The notes beneath the pieces were generated by a model that saw nothing but the letters and a program-made list of their open reading frames with translations, had not been told where the DNA came from and ran no database searches. The position numbers and the translations under genes were made by a program. 64,000 bases of DNA, from the NCBI GenBank assembly GCA_965240325.2, contig OZ251223.1:1-64000 (forward strand), given 5' to 3'. Shown in pieces: positions 1-9,663 of this stretch (position 1 is the first letter of the stretch; every line of letters begins with the position of its first letter). This stretch comes from Rebecca billardiae RCC1528 (Eukaryota; Protista; Haptophyta).

Positions 1-3000
1 GGTGGGCTCGGCGGTGGCGTGGGCGGCGGGGACGGTGGCGGGGACGGTGGTGGCGAGGGTGGCGGCGAGGGCGGCGGCGAGGGTGGCGGCGAGGGCGGCG
101 GCGAGGGTGGCGGGCTGGGCGGCGGCGACGGCGGCGGACTGGGTGGCGGCGACGGCGGCGGGCTCGGTGGCGGCGGGCTCGGCGGCGGCGAGGGCGGCGG
201 CGAGGGCGGCGGCGAGGGCGGCGGCGAAGGCGGCGGGCTCGGTGGCGGCGACGGTGGCGGCGAGGGCGGCGGGGACGGCGGCGGCGGGCTGGGTGGTGGG
301 CTTGGAGGCGGGCTCGGCGGTGGCGATGGCGGCGGGCTCGGCGGCGGGCTCGGCGGCGGGCTCGGCGGCGGGCTCGGCGGCGGGCGGGGCGGCGGGCTGG
401 GCGGCGGCGGGCTGGGCGGAGGGCTGGGTGGCGGGGACGGCGGCGGGCTCGGCGGCGGCGGGCTCGGCGGCGGGCTGGGCGGCGGGCTCGGCGGCGGCGA
501 GGGTGGCGGCGGGCTGGGCGGCGGTGACGGCGGCGGGCTCGGCGGTGGGCTCGGAGGCGGGCTGGGCGGTGGGGCCGGTGGCGGGGACGGCGGCGGGCTC
601 GGTGGCGGCGGGCTCGGCGGCGGGCTCGGCGGCGGGCTCGGCGGCGGGCTCGGCGGTGGCGGGCTGGGCGGCGGCGACGGCGGCGGGCTCGGCGGTGGCG
701 ACGGCGGTGGCGGGCTTGGCGGTGGCGACGGCGGCGGCGACGGCGGTGGCGACGGCGGCGGGCTCGGCGGTGGCGACGGCGGCGGACTCGGCGGCGGGCT
801 CGGCGGCGGCGGGCTCGGCGGTGGGCTGGGCGGCGGGCTCGGAGGCGGGCTCGGAGGCGGCGGGCTGGGCGGCGGCGACGGCGGCGGGGAGGGCGGCGGC
901 GCTGGCGGCGGGCTCGGCGGCGGGCTCGGCGGCGGCTGCGGCGGCGGGCTCGGTGGCGGGCTCGGTGGCGGCGGGCTGGGCGGCGGGCTGGGCGGCGGGC
1001 TGGGCGGCGGGCTGGGCGGCGGCGACGGGGGCGGGCTGGGCGGAGGGCTCGGCGGCGGGCTCGGCGGCGGCGACGGCGGTGGCGGGCTCGGCGGCGGCGA
1101 GGGCGGAGGGCTCGGCGGCGGGGACGGCGGCGGGCTCGGCGGCGGCGACGGCGGCGGCGAGGGCGGCGGGCTCGGTGGCGGGCTGGGCGGGGGCGAAGGC
1201 GGCGGGCTCGGCGGGGGGCTCGGCGGTGGCGAGGGCGGCGGGCTGGGCGGCGGGGATGGCGGCGGGCTCGGCGGCGGGCCTGGCGGCGGTGAGGGCGGCG
1301 GGCTCGGCGGTGCGTGCGGCGGCGACGGCGGCGAGTTGGGCGGTGGGCTGGGCGGCGGCGAGGGCGGCGGCGGGCTCGGTGGCGGGGACGGTGGCGGGCT
1401 GGGTGGCGGCAGCGGCGGCGGAGGGCTCGGCGGCGGCGACGGCGGCGGGCTTGGCGGCGGCGACGGCGGCGGACTGGGTGGCGGGCTCGGCGGGGGCGGG
1501 CTGGGCGGCGGCGAGGGCGGCGGCGAGGGCGGCGGGCTCGGCGGCGGGCTCGGCGGCGGGCTCGGCGGCGGGCTCGGCGGAGGCGAGGGCGGCGGGCTCG
1601 GCGGCGGCGAAGGTGGCGGGCTGGGCGGCGGCGAGGGTGGCGGCGGGCTCGGCGGCGGGGACGGCGGCGGCGAGGGCGGCGGGCTCGGCGGCGGCGAGGG
1701 CGGCGGCGGGCTCGGCGGCGGGCTCGGCGGCGGGCTCGGCGGCGGGCTGGGCGGAGGCGAGGGCGGCGGGCTCGGCGGCGGCGAAGGCGGCGGAGGACTG
1801 GGGGGCGGAGATGGTGGCGGGCTCGGGGGCGGCGAGGGCGGGGGCGGGCTCGGCGGTGGGCTCGGCGGCGGTGAGGGCGGTGGGCTGGGCGGCGGCGAAG
1901 GCGGCGGGCTGGGCGGCGGCGAGGGCGGCGGGCTGGGCGGCGGTGACGGCGGCGGGCTGGGCGGCGGGCTGGGCGGCGGGCTCGGCGGTGGGCTGGGCGG
2001 TGGTGGGCTGGGCGGCGGGCTGGGCGGCGGGCTGGGCGGCGGGCTCGGCGGCGGGCTGGGCGGCGGGCTCGGCGGCGGGCTCGGCGGCGGGCTGGGTGGC
2101 GGGCTGGGCGGAGGGCTCGGCGGCGGCGAGGGCGGCGGAGAGGGTGGCGGGCTCGGCGGCGGGGAAGGCGGTGGCGCCGGCGGCGGCGGGCTCGGTGGCG
2201 GGCTGGGCGGAGGCGGGCTCGGCGGCGGGCTCGGTGGAGGGCTTGGCGGCGGGGGCGAGGGCGGGGGCGAGGGTGGCGGCGAGGGTGGTGGGCTCGGCGG
2301 TGGCGAAGGCGGCGGCGAAGGCGGCGGCGAGGGCGGCGGCGAGGGCGGTGGGCTCGGCGGCGGCGACGGCGGCGGCGGGCTCGGCGGCGGGCTCGGCGGC
2401 GGACTCGGTGGTGGCGGGCTCGGTGGTGGGCTCGGCGGCGGTGAGGGTGGCGGGCTCGGCGGCGGGCTCGGCGGCGGGGCCGGCGGCGGGGCCGGCGGTG
2501 GTGGACTCGGTGGCGGCGATGGCGGCGGGCTTGGCGGCGGCGGCGACGACGGCGGGCTTGGTGGCGGTGGGTGTGGCGGCGGGGACGGCGGCGGGTGCGG
2601 GGGGCTCGGCGGTGGCGGCGGCGTGGGCGGCGGGCTCGGCGGCGGCGTCGGGTCCGGTGGCATGCCCCCCGCTGCGACCAGCAGCAGCAGGCCGCAGCAC
2701 AGCCGCAGGATGCGTGGCGCGCTCGCGGGCTTGGTGCCCGGGGCGCGCTCGGCACGGCCCTGGCCGCCCGCCGTGCGCGAGGGGCGACGGCGCCCGGCGC
2801 TCCGCCAAGGAGGCGCCAGGTCGCCGCATGCCGGCAAGTGCACCGCTGGCAGACGCGCCGCCGGTGCCGAGGCTCGCGGCGGGCCACGGCGCGCGCGCGC
2901 CGTAACGCACGGCCCAGCCGCTCGGCCGCGCCTCGGCCGCGACCGGGCGGCAGCGAGGGCGCGGCGCGCGCGGGTGAGCGCGCTCGACAGGAGCAGCGTC

Positions 3001-3113
3001 GCGAGGCCCCAGCGTGCACACACGCGGGCGGCGGGCGCCGCCAGCACGGCCAGCGCCGCCAAGAGCGCGGCGCAGGCGGCGCGCGGGCGTGAGGGGAACG
3101 ACGATGATCCCAT
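1..3113 (-). CDS. Extensin/HRGP-like Ser-Pro(2-4) repeat secreted protein, 3'-truncated by the window edge
   Basis: ATG at 3113 gives MGSSSFPSRPRAACAALLAALAVLAAPAA (signal-like) and stays open into ~880 codons of SPPP/SPPPP repeats from ~2660 to 1. Ser is kept by both AGC and TCN codons, whereas the + strand Gly-rich frame alternates L/E/D at the same sites, so the minus frame is the constrained one. Absent from the ORF track because no stop lies in the window. An N-terminal intron cannot be excluded. Confidence 0.75.
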   Translation of the reverse strand, partial: MGSSSFPSRPRAACAALLAALAVLAAPAARVCARWGLATLLLSSALTRARRALAAARSRPRRGRAAGPCVTARARRGPPRASAPAARLPAVHLPACGDLAPPWRSAGRRRPSRTAGGQGRAERAPGTKPASAPRILRLCCGLLLLVAAGGMPPDPTPPPSPPPTPPPPPSPPHPPPSPPPHPPPPSPPSSPPPPSPPPSPPPSPPPPAPPPAPPPSPPPSPPPSPPPSPPPSPPPPSPPPSPPPSPPPPSPPPSPPPSPPPSPPPSPPPSPPPSPPPSPPPSPPPSPPPPSPPPSPPPSPPPPSPPPSPPPPAPPPSPPPSPPPSPPPSPPPSPPPSPPPSPPPSPPPSPPPSPPPSPPPSPPPSPPPSPPPPSPPPSPPPSPPPSPPPSPPPSPPPSPPPSPPPSPPPSPPPSPPPSPPPSPPPPSPPPSPPPSPPPSPPPPSPPPSPPPSPPPSPPPSPPPSPPPSPPPPSPPPSPPPSPPPSPPPSPPPPSPPPSPPPSPPPSPPPSPPPSPPPSPPPSPPPSPPPSPPPSPPPSPPPPSPPPSPPPSPPPSPPPSPPPSPPPPLPPPSPPPSPPPSPPPPSPPPSPPPNSPPSPPHAPPSPPPSPPPGPPPSPPPSPPPSPPPSPPPSPPPSPPPSPPPSPPPSPPPSPPPSPPPSPPPSPPPSPPPSPPPSPPPPSPPPSPPPSPPPSPPPSPPPSPPPSPPPSPPPSPPPPSPPPSPPPQPPPSPPPSPPPAPPPSPPPSPPPSPPPPSPPPSPPPSPPPSPPPPSPPPSPPPSPPPSPPPSPPPSPPPSPPPSPPPPSPPPSPPPSPPPSPPPPSPPPSPPPSPPPSPPPPSPPPSPPPAPPPSPPPSPPPSPPPSPPPSPPPPSPPPSPPPSPPPSPPPPSPPPSPPPSPPPSPPPPSPPPRPPPSPPPSPPPSPPPSPPPSPPPSPPPSPPPSPPPPSPPPSPPPSPPPSPPPSPPPSPPPSPPPSPPPSPPPPSPPPSPPPSPPPSPPPSPPPSPPPSPPPSPPPSPPPSPPPSPPPSPPPTPPPSP

Positions 3114-3684
3114 CGTGTGGGTGCAAACCCCAACGAGCTACACCTGGGCAGCCGCGAGCCCGCTGTCACTTCATCTGGACCCCCCTGTAGTGCAGTCTTA
3201 AGGCAGCGGGGTAATGACCGGTCAGGAACTTATTCCTGGAGATTCTCGGTATCCAACCACCCGACTGCTTGGTACGCGCAAGCTCAACATTGCTATTCGC
3301 CCGTCGGTCATCAAAGGAATCTTTCGGCGTCGCCCGTGACAGCTGTCCATCAGACCGACACTGGTCACTGCGAGCAGTATGCGGAGTATGCCCCCGAGTG
3401 TGATAAGCCTGCTACGGCGCGCCGCCGGCGGGTCCGATATATATGCTGTACAGTAGTGCAGCTTGAGTAGAAGTGATGGCATGCTCCGAAGGCACCGCTG
3501 CAGGAGCGGCCCGTCTGGCGGCCAGCACTGACAGTGGCAAGTGGCGCAGTATCATGCTTCAAGCAGTAGGGCTGGTGCAGACGTGAGCGCCCGGCGCCGC
3601 GCACGGGTGACGGGGCGGCGCGGCCCAGGCGCTCACATGTGGGGCGGCGGGCTGAACGGAAGGACACGCGTCGCGACGCGCACG

Positions 3685-4935
3685 TCAGCGCCCGAAGATG
3701 GCGATGGGGGGCACGTCGATGTGAGCGTGTCGGCGGCTGGCGGGCGCCGCCTGCACGATGCGCGCGGCCTGCGGCGACGCGTCCGCTCGGGCTCCGGCCT
3801 CTGGCGGCGCCGCCGGCGCGGCGGCGGCCGCCGCGCCCTCGCCGGCCGCGTCCGCGGCCTCGAGGTCCTCGCCCGGCTCCTCGCCCGCGCCCGCGGGCGC
3901 GGGCCGCGGCGAGCGCGGCGCGCCGATCCCCACGTGCACGATCACCGCCGAGCTGGGCGCGAGCTCGGCCTCCGTCTCGCTCAGCGGGCGCGTGCGCGCC
4001 GCCTCGCGCGTCGGCTGCACCACTTCGCGGAAGAAGCGCTCGTCGTCGTAGGCTTGCGGGTCGGCGGCGGCGCGCGCGGCGCGGACGCGCCTCGCGCGCG
4101 CGTTGTTGATGCACGACGCGATCAGCAGCACCACGAGGCACAGCCACACCAGCTGCGCGAACAGCGGCCCGCCCGCGCGCATGGCGAGCAGCAGGAAGAG
4201 AGTGAAGCCGGCGCAGAACACGAGGAACATCTGCAGGAACGCGCCGTACCGGCGGTACGCGCGGGTCCAGAGCGAGGGCTGCGGCGGCGGCGGCGCCTGG
4301 ACGAGCGCCGCCGCGATCGGCAGCGTGTACGGCTGCGCGCACACCTGGCACGTCAGCCGCTCCTCCAGCGAGTGCGCCCTGCGCGCGCGGCTGTTGAGCA
4401 TCTTCTCCAGGCACACGCGGTGCACGCGCGTCGACGCGCACGCGCACAGCTCGCGGAGGAGCTCGCCGCTCTCGTCGCTCGCGCCGTCGAAGCAGATGTA
4501 GCAGAGCGCGTCGTCCTCGTCCTCCGAGCCGGCGCCGGCCCTCGCCGCGATCGGCTTCGCGCCCGCGCTCGGCTCGGCCGCGCCCGCCGCGCCCGCCACC
4601 GGCGAGGCCGAGGCCGCGACCGCCTCGGGCGCGGCCGCGAGCACCGCGGGCTGGTCGGCGCCGTCCGCCGCAGCTGGCGCGGTCCCACCCGCGGCGTGCT
4701 CGCCCACGGGCTCGCCCGCCTCGGCGGCGGGCGCCGCTGCCGCCTCGGGCGCGGCCGCGCGCCCCTCCTCGAGCGCCGCCGACGCCGACGAGTCCTCCTT
4801 GTCGTCGGCCCCGCGCGCACCGTCCGCCGAGGTGCCGGAGCCGCCACCAAAGGAGCCGAAGAGCCAGCCGAGCATGCTGCCCGCCGAGCGGTCGATGCGC
4901 TCGACGCCCACCGTTGTGTCGTCGCGCGCGGCCAT
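3685..4935 (-). CDS. RING-CH (RINGv/MARCH-type) membrane E3 ubiquitin ligase-like protein, ~416 aa
   Basis: C4HC3 motif CYIC...CAC...HRVC...CQVC followed by two hydrophobic TM segments (FLQMFLVFCAGFTLFLLLAM; LFAQLVWLCLVVLLIASCI). Start taken at MAARDD within ORF 3685..5292. Confidence 0.8.
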   Translation of the reverse strand: MAARDDTTVGVERIDRSAGSMLGWLFGSFGGGSGTSADGARGADDKEDSSASAALEEGRAAAPEAAAAPAAEAGEPVGEHAAGGTAPAAADGADQPAVLAAAPEAVAASASPVAGAAGAAEPSAGAKPIAARAGAGSEDEDDALCYICFDGASDESGELLRELCACASTRVHRVCLEKMLNSRARRAHSLEERLTCQVCAQPYTLPIAAALVQAPPPPQPSLWTRAYRRYGAFLQMFLVFCAGFTLFLLLAMRAGGPLFAQLVWLCLVVLLIASCINNARARRVRAARAAADPQAYDDERFFREVVQPTREAARTRPLSETEAELAPSSAVIVHVGIGAPRSPRPAPAGAGEEPGEDLEAADAAGEGAAAAAAPAAPPEAGARADASPQAARIVQAAPASRRHAHIDVPPIAIFGR

Positions 4936-6327
4936 ATGCGGGTGGTTCTTGGGAAGATGGCCGCCCACTCTGCTTGCGCGCTGGGGCTCCCAACTTGCAC
5001 ACTGCGAGTTCAGACGCCGAACATCACTGTTGAGTGATGACCAAACTGAATACACGTCCCAACGCTCAGACGATGAATAGTGCGCAGCGCCGCGCGGGTA
5101 CCTCGAAATGGCCGGCCGCGCGCCCGGAGCCAGTGGAGGGCGCGAATGTCCGGATCCAGAGCGGCCTTGCTTCGCCGTCCCGAAAGAGCCATCTCGCGGA
5201 GGCCGCGACGGTGCCACCCGTTGGCTCGGCAGGTCTGCATGCTGCCGGGCGGAGGGGCACTGCCCTTCTGCTTCAACTCCCCAACGACGCATTGCACCTA
5301 CGTAGCGTCTGCTGCTCCTCCGAGTAGGCTTGCGTGGCTTTTCACGACGCTTGGCGCACCTGGAGGCGCGACCGCGAGTGGTGCGTCAAGCGAGTGGCCA
5401 AGCGGCGCCCGGTCGGTTGGCGCGACCTACACGCATCCATGTCGTGCAGCGGCCCCGGCGATGCAGGCCATTCCAGACAGAATAATGGTCCCAAAGCTCC
5501 TGCTCACTGGGAGCCCTCGCTCCCCTGGGGCGCTCGTGGCAAAAGGTTGCTGGGCGACAGAGGCGCGCAGCGCCGTACACATCACCGCTGGCTTGGTCGC
5601 CACGGGCGGGCGCGATGTCGACAAGTCAGGGGAGAGGGGAGAGGGGCTGGAAAACAGAGGCGCTGGCCAGCAAGCGGTCGGAGGTCGCTGTGCTGCGCCG
5701 GCGGGCTGATCCTCCGAAATGGGATCGATTGACGAGCTCACCGAATGGAGCACGGGCCGACGCCATCTCGGCTTCGGCGCCATCTCCCTTCACCCTTGCT
5801 AGTTGCTGCGGCGAGTTCCTCCGACTCAGAGTCCGACTCCGAGCTGCCGTTGGGCACTCCCGCCTTGATGCGCGCAGAGTCCGGTGCACCACGGGATATA
5901 GAATATATTATATATATGTGCCGATATACTCGTCGTTCAGCGGTGTGCGGAGCCCATCGGCATCACGCGCGCGGCGCGCAGCTCAATCAGCGCACCGTCT
6001 ACCCCACTACCCTCGCCACCCGCCGGCGCGCCACGCCCCGCGCAGCGCGAGCTCCGGCGGCTGCTCCAGCACCTCCCGGTGCTGCGACACGAGGCTGCAT
6101 GCGCAGCCCGTGCACACAGCCGCGCACTCGGCACAGCACGGGCTGCTGGGACCGGGCCTCGGTGGCTGGTACCTGGCGGCGCGGCCTGCTGAGAGCAGGC
6201 CGCCGCCCGCTCTCTCACACGCTCTCCTGAAAGGAGGGCGTGTGAGAGTGCTCGCCGCTGCTCTCGCACTCAAACGTCGCGCTCGCAAGCCTGCGCGTGA
6301 GCACCGAACCCGCCACTAGCCGGTCGC

Positions 6328-7755
6328 TCAGCGCAGGCCACAGCGCAGGGGCGGCAGCTGCACCACGCGCTGCGGCACCCGCTGCCCTCCGCCATCTACG
6401 CCCACGCCCAGGCCGAGCGCGCCCGAGCGGCAGCCGCACGCGTGCACGCCTGCACCCGCCGTCACGTAGAGGGCGAGCTCTCCGCCGAGTGAGCACTCGA
6501 GCACGCGCGCATGCGCCAGGCCCTCCACCCGCTCGGGCAGCGTGCAATTTATTCGGTGCCCCAGCCCCAGCTGGCCCCAGTCGTTGAGCCCAAACGTGTG
6601 CACACTGCCGTCCGCGCACACCACCGCGCTGCTGCGCTCGCCCGCGCTGGCGCGCACGGCCCGCATGCCGCCCAGTGCGTCGATGCGTGTGGGCACCAGG
6701 CGATCCGCATCGTCATCACCGTGGCCGCCACCAGACCTGTCTCCGAAGGAGTGCACGCCGCCCGCTGCGTCCACCAACAGGCTGTGGAACTCGCCCGCGC
6801 TCACGTGCACAGCGCGCACGCCCACGAGCGCCTCGATGCGCCTCGGCGTGCGTTGATCCTGCTCGTCACCGTGGCCAAGGCTGCCATGCTCGCCAGACCC
6901 ACACGAGTACACGGCGCCGCACGCCGAGAGCAGCAGCGTGTGCCACCCCCCGCCAGAGATTCCGCCCACGCGCACGCCGTCCAGCGCCTCGATGCGCGTC
7001 GGCTCCCACCGGTCCTTCTTGTCGCCGTGGCCGAGCTGGCCCCAGTGGTTGAAGCCCCAGCTGTACGCCACACCGGCGGCTGTGAGCGCGAGGCTGTGGT
7101 CCCAACCGACTGCAACGCCGACGACGAGCTCCGCGCCCAGCGCCGCCACCTGCACGAACGCCCGTCGCTCAGCCTTGTCGCCCACGCCCAGCTGGCCGCA
7201 GTTGTTGCGGCCGCACGCGTACACGGCGCCCGCCTCGCTCAGCGCAAGCAGGTGCTCGTCGCCGGCAGCCACTGCACGCACGCGCACCGCACCGAGCGAG
7301 GGCACGCGCGTCGGCACGAGCACGTCTGCACCCCTGCTGAGCTCGGGATGGCCCAGCGGCTTGCCGCACGTGTGCACGCCGCCGTCCGCGTCGACAAACG
7401 CGCTGAACGCCTCGTCTATCGCTCCACCTCCACCGGAGGCTGCGCTGTGCGCGTGCGCGTGCGCGAGCTCGACGATATGCTCGCGCGCGAGCAGCTCCTC
7501 CGTCCACGTGGACACGCCGGCGGGCAGCGCACTCGGCAGCGCGGCCTCGTGCCCGCGCGCGCGCGCGCGCTCGCGCAGCGCGTGCTCGAGCGGCGCGCCG
7601 CGGAAGACGCGCGCGGCGACGTTGGCGGCGGCGAGGTCGCGCACGTTATCGAGGTGGGCGAGAATGCGCGCGACCAGCTCGGGCGGCAGGTCGGTCAGCG
7701 GCACGGCCGCCGCTGCCAAGCGCGCCTCGGGGCTCGCGAACGTCGTTGGTGCCAT
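6328..7755 (-). CDS. F-box + RCC1-repeat protein, ~475 aa
   Basis: N-terminal LTDLPPELVARILAHL (F-box-like), then repeated G-x-V-Y-x-x-G-x-N-x-x-GQLG-x-G / VAxGxxHSL RCC1 blades. Confidence 0.85.
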   Translation of the reverse strand: MAPTTFASPEARLAAAAVPLTDLPPELVARILAHLDNVRDLAAANVAARVFRGAPLEHALRERARARGHEAALPSALPAGVSTWTEELLAREHIVELAHAHAHSAASGGGGAIDEAFSAFVDADGGVHTCGKPLGHPELSRGADVLVPTRVPSLGAVRVRAVAAGDEHLLALSEAGAVYACGRNNCGQLGVGDKAERRAFVQVAALGAELVVGVAVGWDHSLALTAAGVAYSWGFNHWGQLGHGDKKDRWEPTRIEALDGVRVGGISGGGWHTLLLSACGAVYSCGSGEHGSLGHGDEQDQRTPRRIEALVGVRAVHVSAGEFHSLLVDAAGGVHSFGDRSGGGHGDDDADRLVPTRIDALGGMRAVRASAGERSSAVVCADGSVHTFGLNDWGQLGLGHRINCTLPERVEGLAHARVLECSLGGELALYVTAGAGVHACGCRSGALGLGVGVDGGGQRVPQRVVQLPPLRCGLR

Positions 7756-7951
7756 CAAGCCGGCGGTCGCGCCAGTCGCCACCGCTAGCGCGCGCACCGC
7801 GCGAAGGACGGCGGTTGGCGTTGGCGGTTGGCCGATGTTTTTTTGTTTTTATTCCGCGGGGAGCCACGCGCCCGGAATTTTAATTACCTGCCACGCGGCG
7901 GCCGCATCGCGCCCACGTCCACCGGCTCCATCGACCAGCGCGCGCCGCAGC

Positions 7952-9259
7952 ATGGGCGCGGCGGGGCGGCTGCTCGGCGCGTCGCGCCGCTCGGCGATCC
8001 CGTCGTTCAAGGTGATGGACGTGCTCGCGCGCGCGCGCGCGCTCGAGCAGGCGGGCGAGCGCGTGTACCACCTCGAGGTCGGGCAGCCGCAGGCGGGCGC
8101 GCCCGAGCCGGCGATCGCGGCGGCGCGCGCGGCGCTCGCCGGGCCGTCGGCGGCGCTGGGGTACACGGACACGCGCGGGATCCCGGCGCTGCGCGAGGCG
8201 ATCGTGCGCATGTGCGAGACGCGGTACGCCGCGCGCGTCGACGCCTCGCGCGTGCACGTCACCACGGGCTCCTCGTCCGCGTTCCAGCTCGCGTTCACCG
8301 CGTGCTTCGACGCGGGCGACGCGGTCGCGGTGACGCCCGCGACGTACCCGTGCTACCGCAACGTGCTCCTCGCGCTGGGGTGCGAGGTGGTCGTGCTACC
8401 CGCCTCGCCCGCGTGCAAGTTCACCGCCGCCGCGCCCGAGCTGCGCGCGTGCGCGTCGGCGCGCGCCGCGGCCGGGCTCGCGCCGCTCGCGGGCGCCGTG
8501 ATCGCCTCGCCGTCCAACCCGACGGGCGTGACGCTCTCGCGCGCGGAGGTGCGCGAGCTGTGCGTCGCGTCGCGCGAGCTGGGCGTGCGGCTCGTCTCCG
8601 ACGAGATCTACCACGGGCTGCACCACACGCCCGAGCCGTGCGCCTCCGCGCTCGCCGAGGACGGCGGTGCGGACGGCGCGCGCTCGGCCGAGCTCGCGCC
8701 GCGCGAGGGCGGCCCTGTGGTGATCGGCTCCTTCTCCAAGTACCACTGCATGACGGGGTGGCGCGTGGGCTGGATGGCGGTGCCGCCCGAGCTGGACGAC
8801 GCGGTGCTCCGCCTCGCGCAGTCGTACGCCATCTGCGCGCCCGCCATCGGCCAGCACGCCGCGCTGGGCGCGCTCTCAGACGAGGCGCGCCCCGAGCTGC
8901 AGAGGCTTGCGCAGCGGTACACGGCCAACCGCGCGCGCGTGCTCGCCGGGCTCAGGGCGCTCGGCGTGGCGGAGGCGGACGTGGCGCCGGCGGACGGCGC
9001 GTTCTACGCGTACGCCGACGTGGGCGCGGCGCTCGCCGCGCGCGCCGCGCGCGGCGTGCCCACGCCCGCCACCGCGGACGCGCTGTGCGCCGCGCTGCTC
9101 GAGGACGCCAGCACGCGCGTCGCCATCACGCCCGGCGCCGACTTTGAGGACCCGGCCTCCGGGCTGGGCGAGCGGCGCGTGCGCGTGAGCTACGCGGGCT
9201 CGGAGGCCGAGGTGGACGAGGCGATGTCGCGCATCGAGCGCTGGTGGGCGGCGCAGTAG
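7952..9259 (+). CDS. PLP-dependent aminotransferase class I/II (aspartate aminotransferase-like), 435 aa
   Basis: LEVGQP, SPSNPTG, SDEIYHGL and GSFSKYHCMTGWRVGW (PLP lysine). Intronless; ATG at 7952. Confidence 0.9.
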   Translation: MGAAGRLLGASRRSAIPSFKVMDVLARARALEQAGERVYHLEVGQPQAGAPEPAIAAARAALAGPSAALGYTDTRGIPALREAIVRMCETRYAARVDASRVHVTTGSSSAFQLAFTACFDAGDAVAVTPATYPCYRNVLLALGCEVVVLPASPACKFTAAAPELRACASARAAAGLAPLAGAVIASPSNPTGVTLSRAEVRELCVASRELGVRLVSDEIYHGLHHTPEPCASALAEDGGADGARSAELAPREGGPVVIGSFSKYHCMTGWRVGWMAVPPELDDAVLRLAQSYAICAPAIGQHAALGALSDEARPELQRLAQRYTANRARVLAGLRALGVAEADVAPADGAFYAYADVGAALAARAARGVPTPATADALCAALLEDASTRVAITPGADFEDPASGLGERRVRVSYAGSEAEVDEAMSRIERWWAAQ

Positions 9260-9663
9260 GCGTGACGACGGCTGCGCCACTCAGTCAGAAGATAGGAGTA
9301 GTCAGGCAGTTGTTCAGTCACCATTCAGGAGCACTGAGGCTGTGACTGTTGATCAGTCAATGTCTGTGACTGTGTGACGGTGGATCAGCGGAGACGTGCA
9401 GCGGTCAGATCGCGCGGTCAAACCTCAGCGGCCGGTGGCACACGCTTGACCAGCAGCGGCGGGAGGGCGGCGCGCGATCCGGCGCCGCCGGGAGCCGTCT
9501 TCGGCGCACGTCCGCCGCGCGTGCATCGCAGGCGCCGGCCGAACGAGCCGCCGCGCCGGCCGCGCGTTTCCACGCGCGCGCGCAGCGCACGGCGCGCCGC
9601 CCACGCGCCCAGCCGCCAGCCGCGCCGGCGGCCGCGCCTCCTCGCCTCGCGGGTCGCGGCGGC

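Noticed and set aside
2-3201. + strand Ala-rich (967 aa) and Gly-rich (1060 aa) ORFs
   Set aside because: Antisense shadows of the Ser-Pro repeat gene; codon variation is synonymous only in the minus frame.
6938-7951. N-terminal 338 aa of the 773-aa aminotransferase ORF
   Set aside because: Antisense to the RCC1 gene; homology starts at the ATG at 7952.
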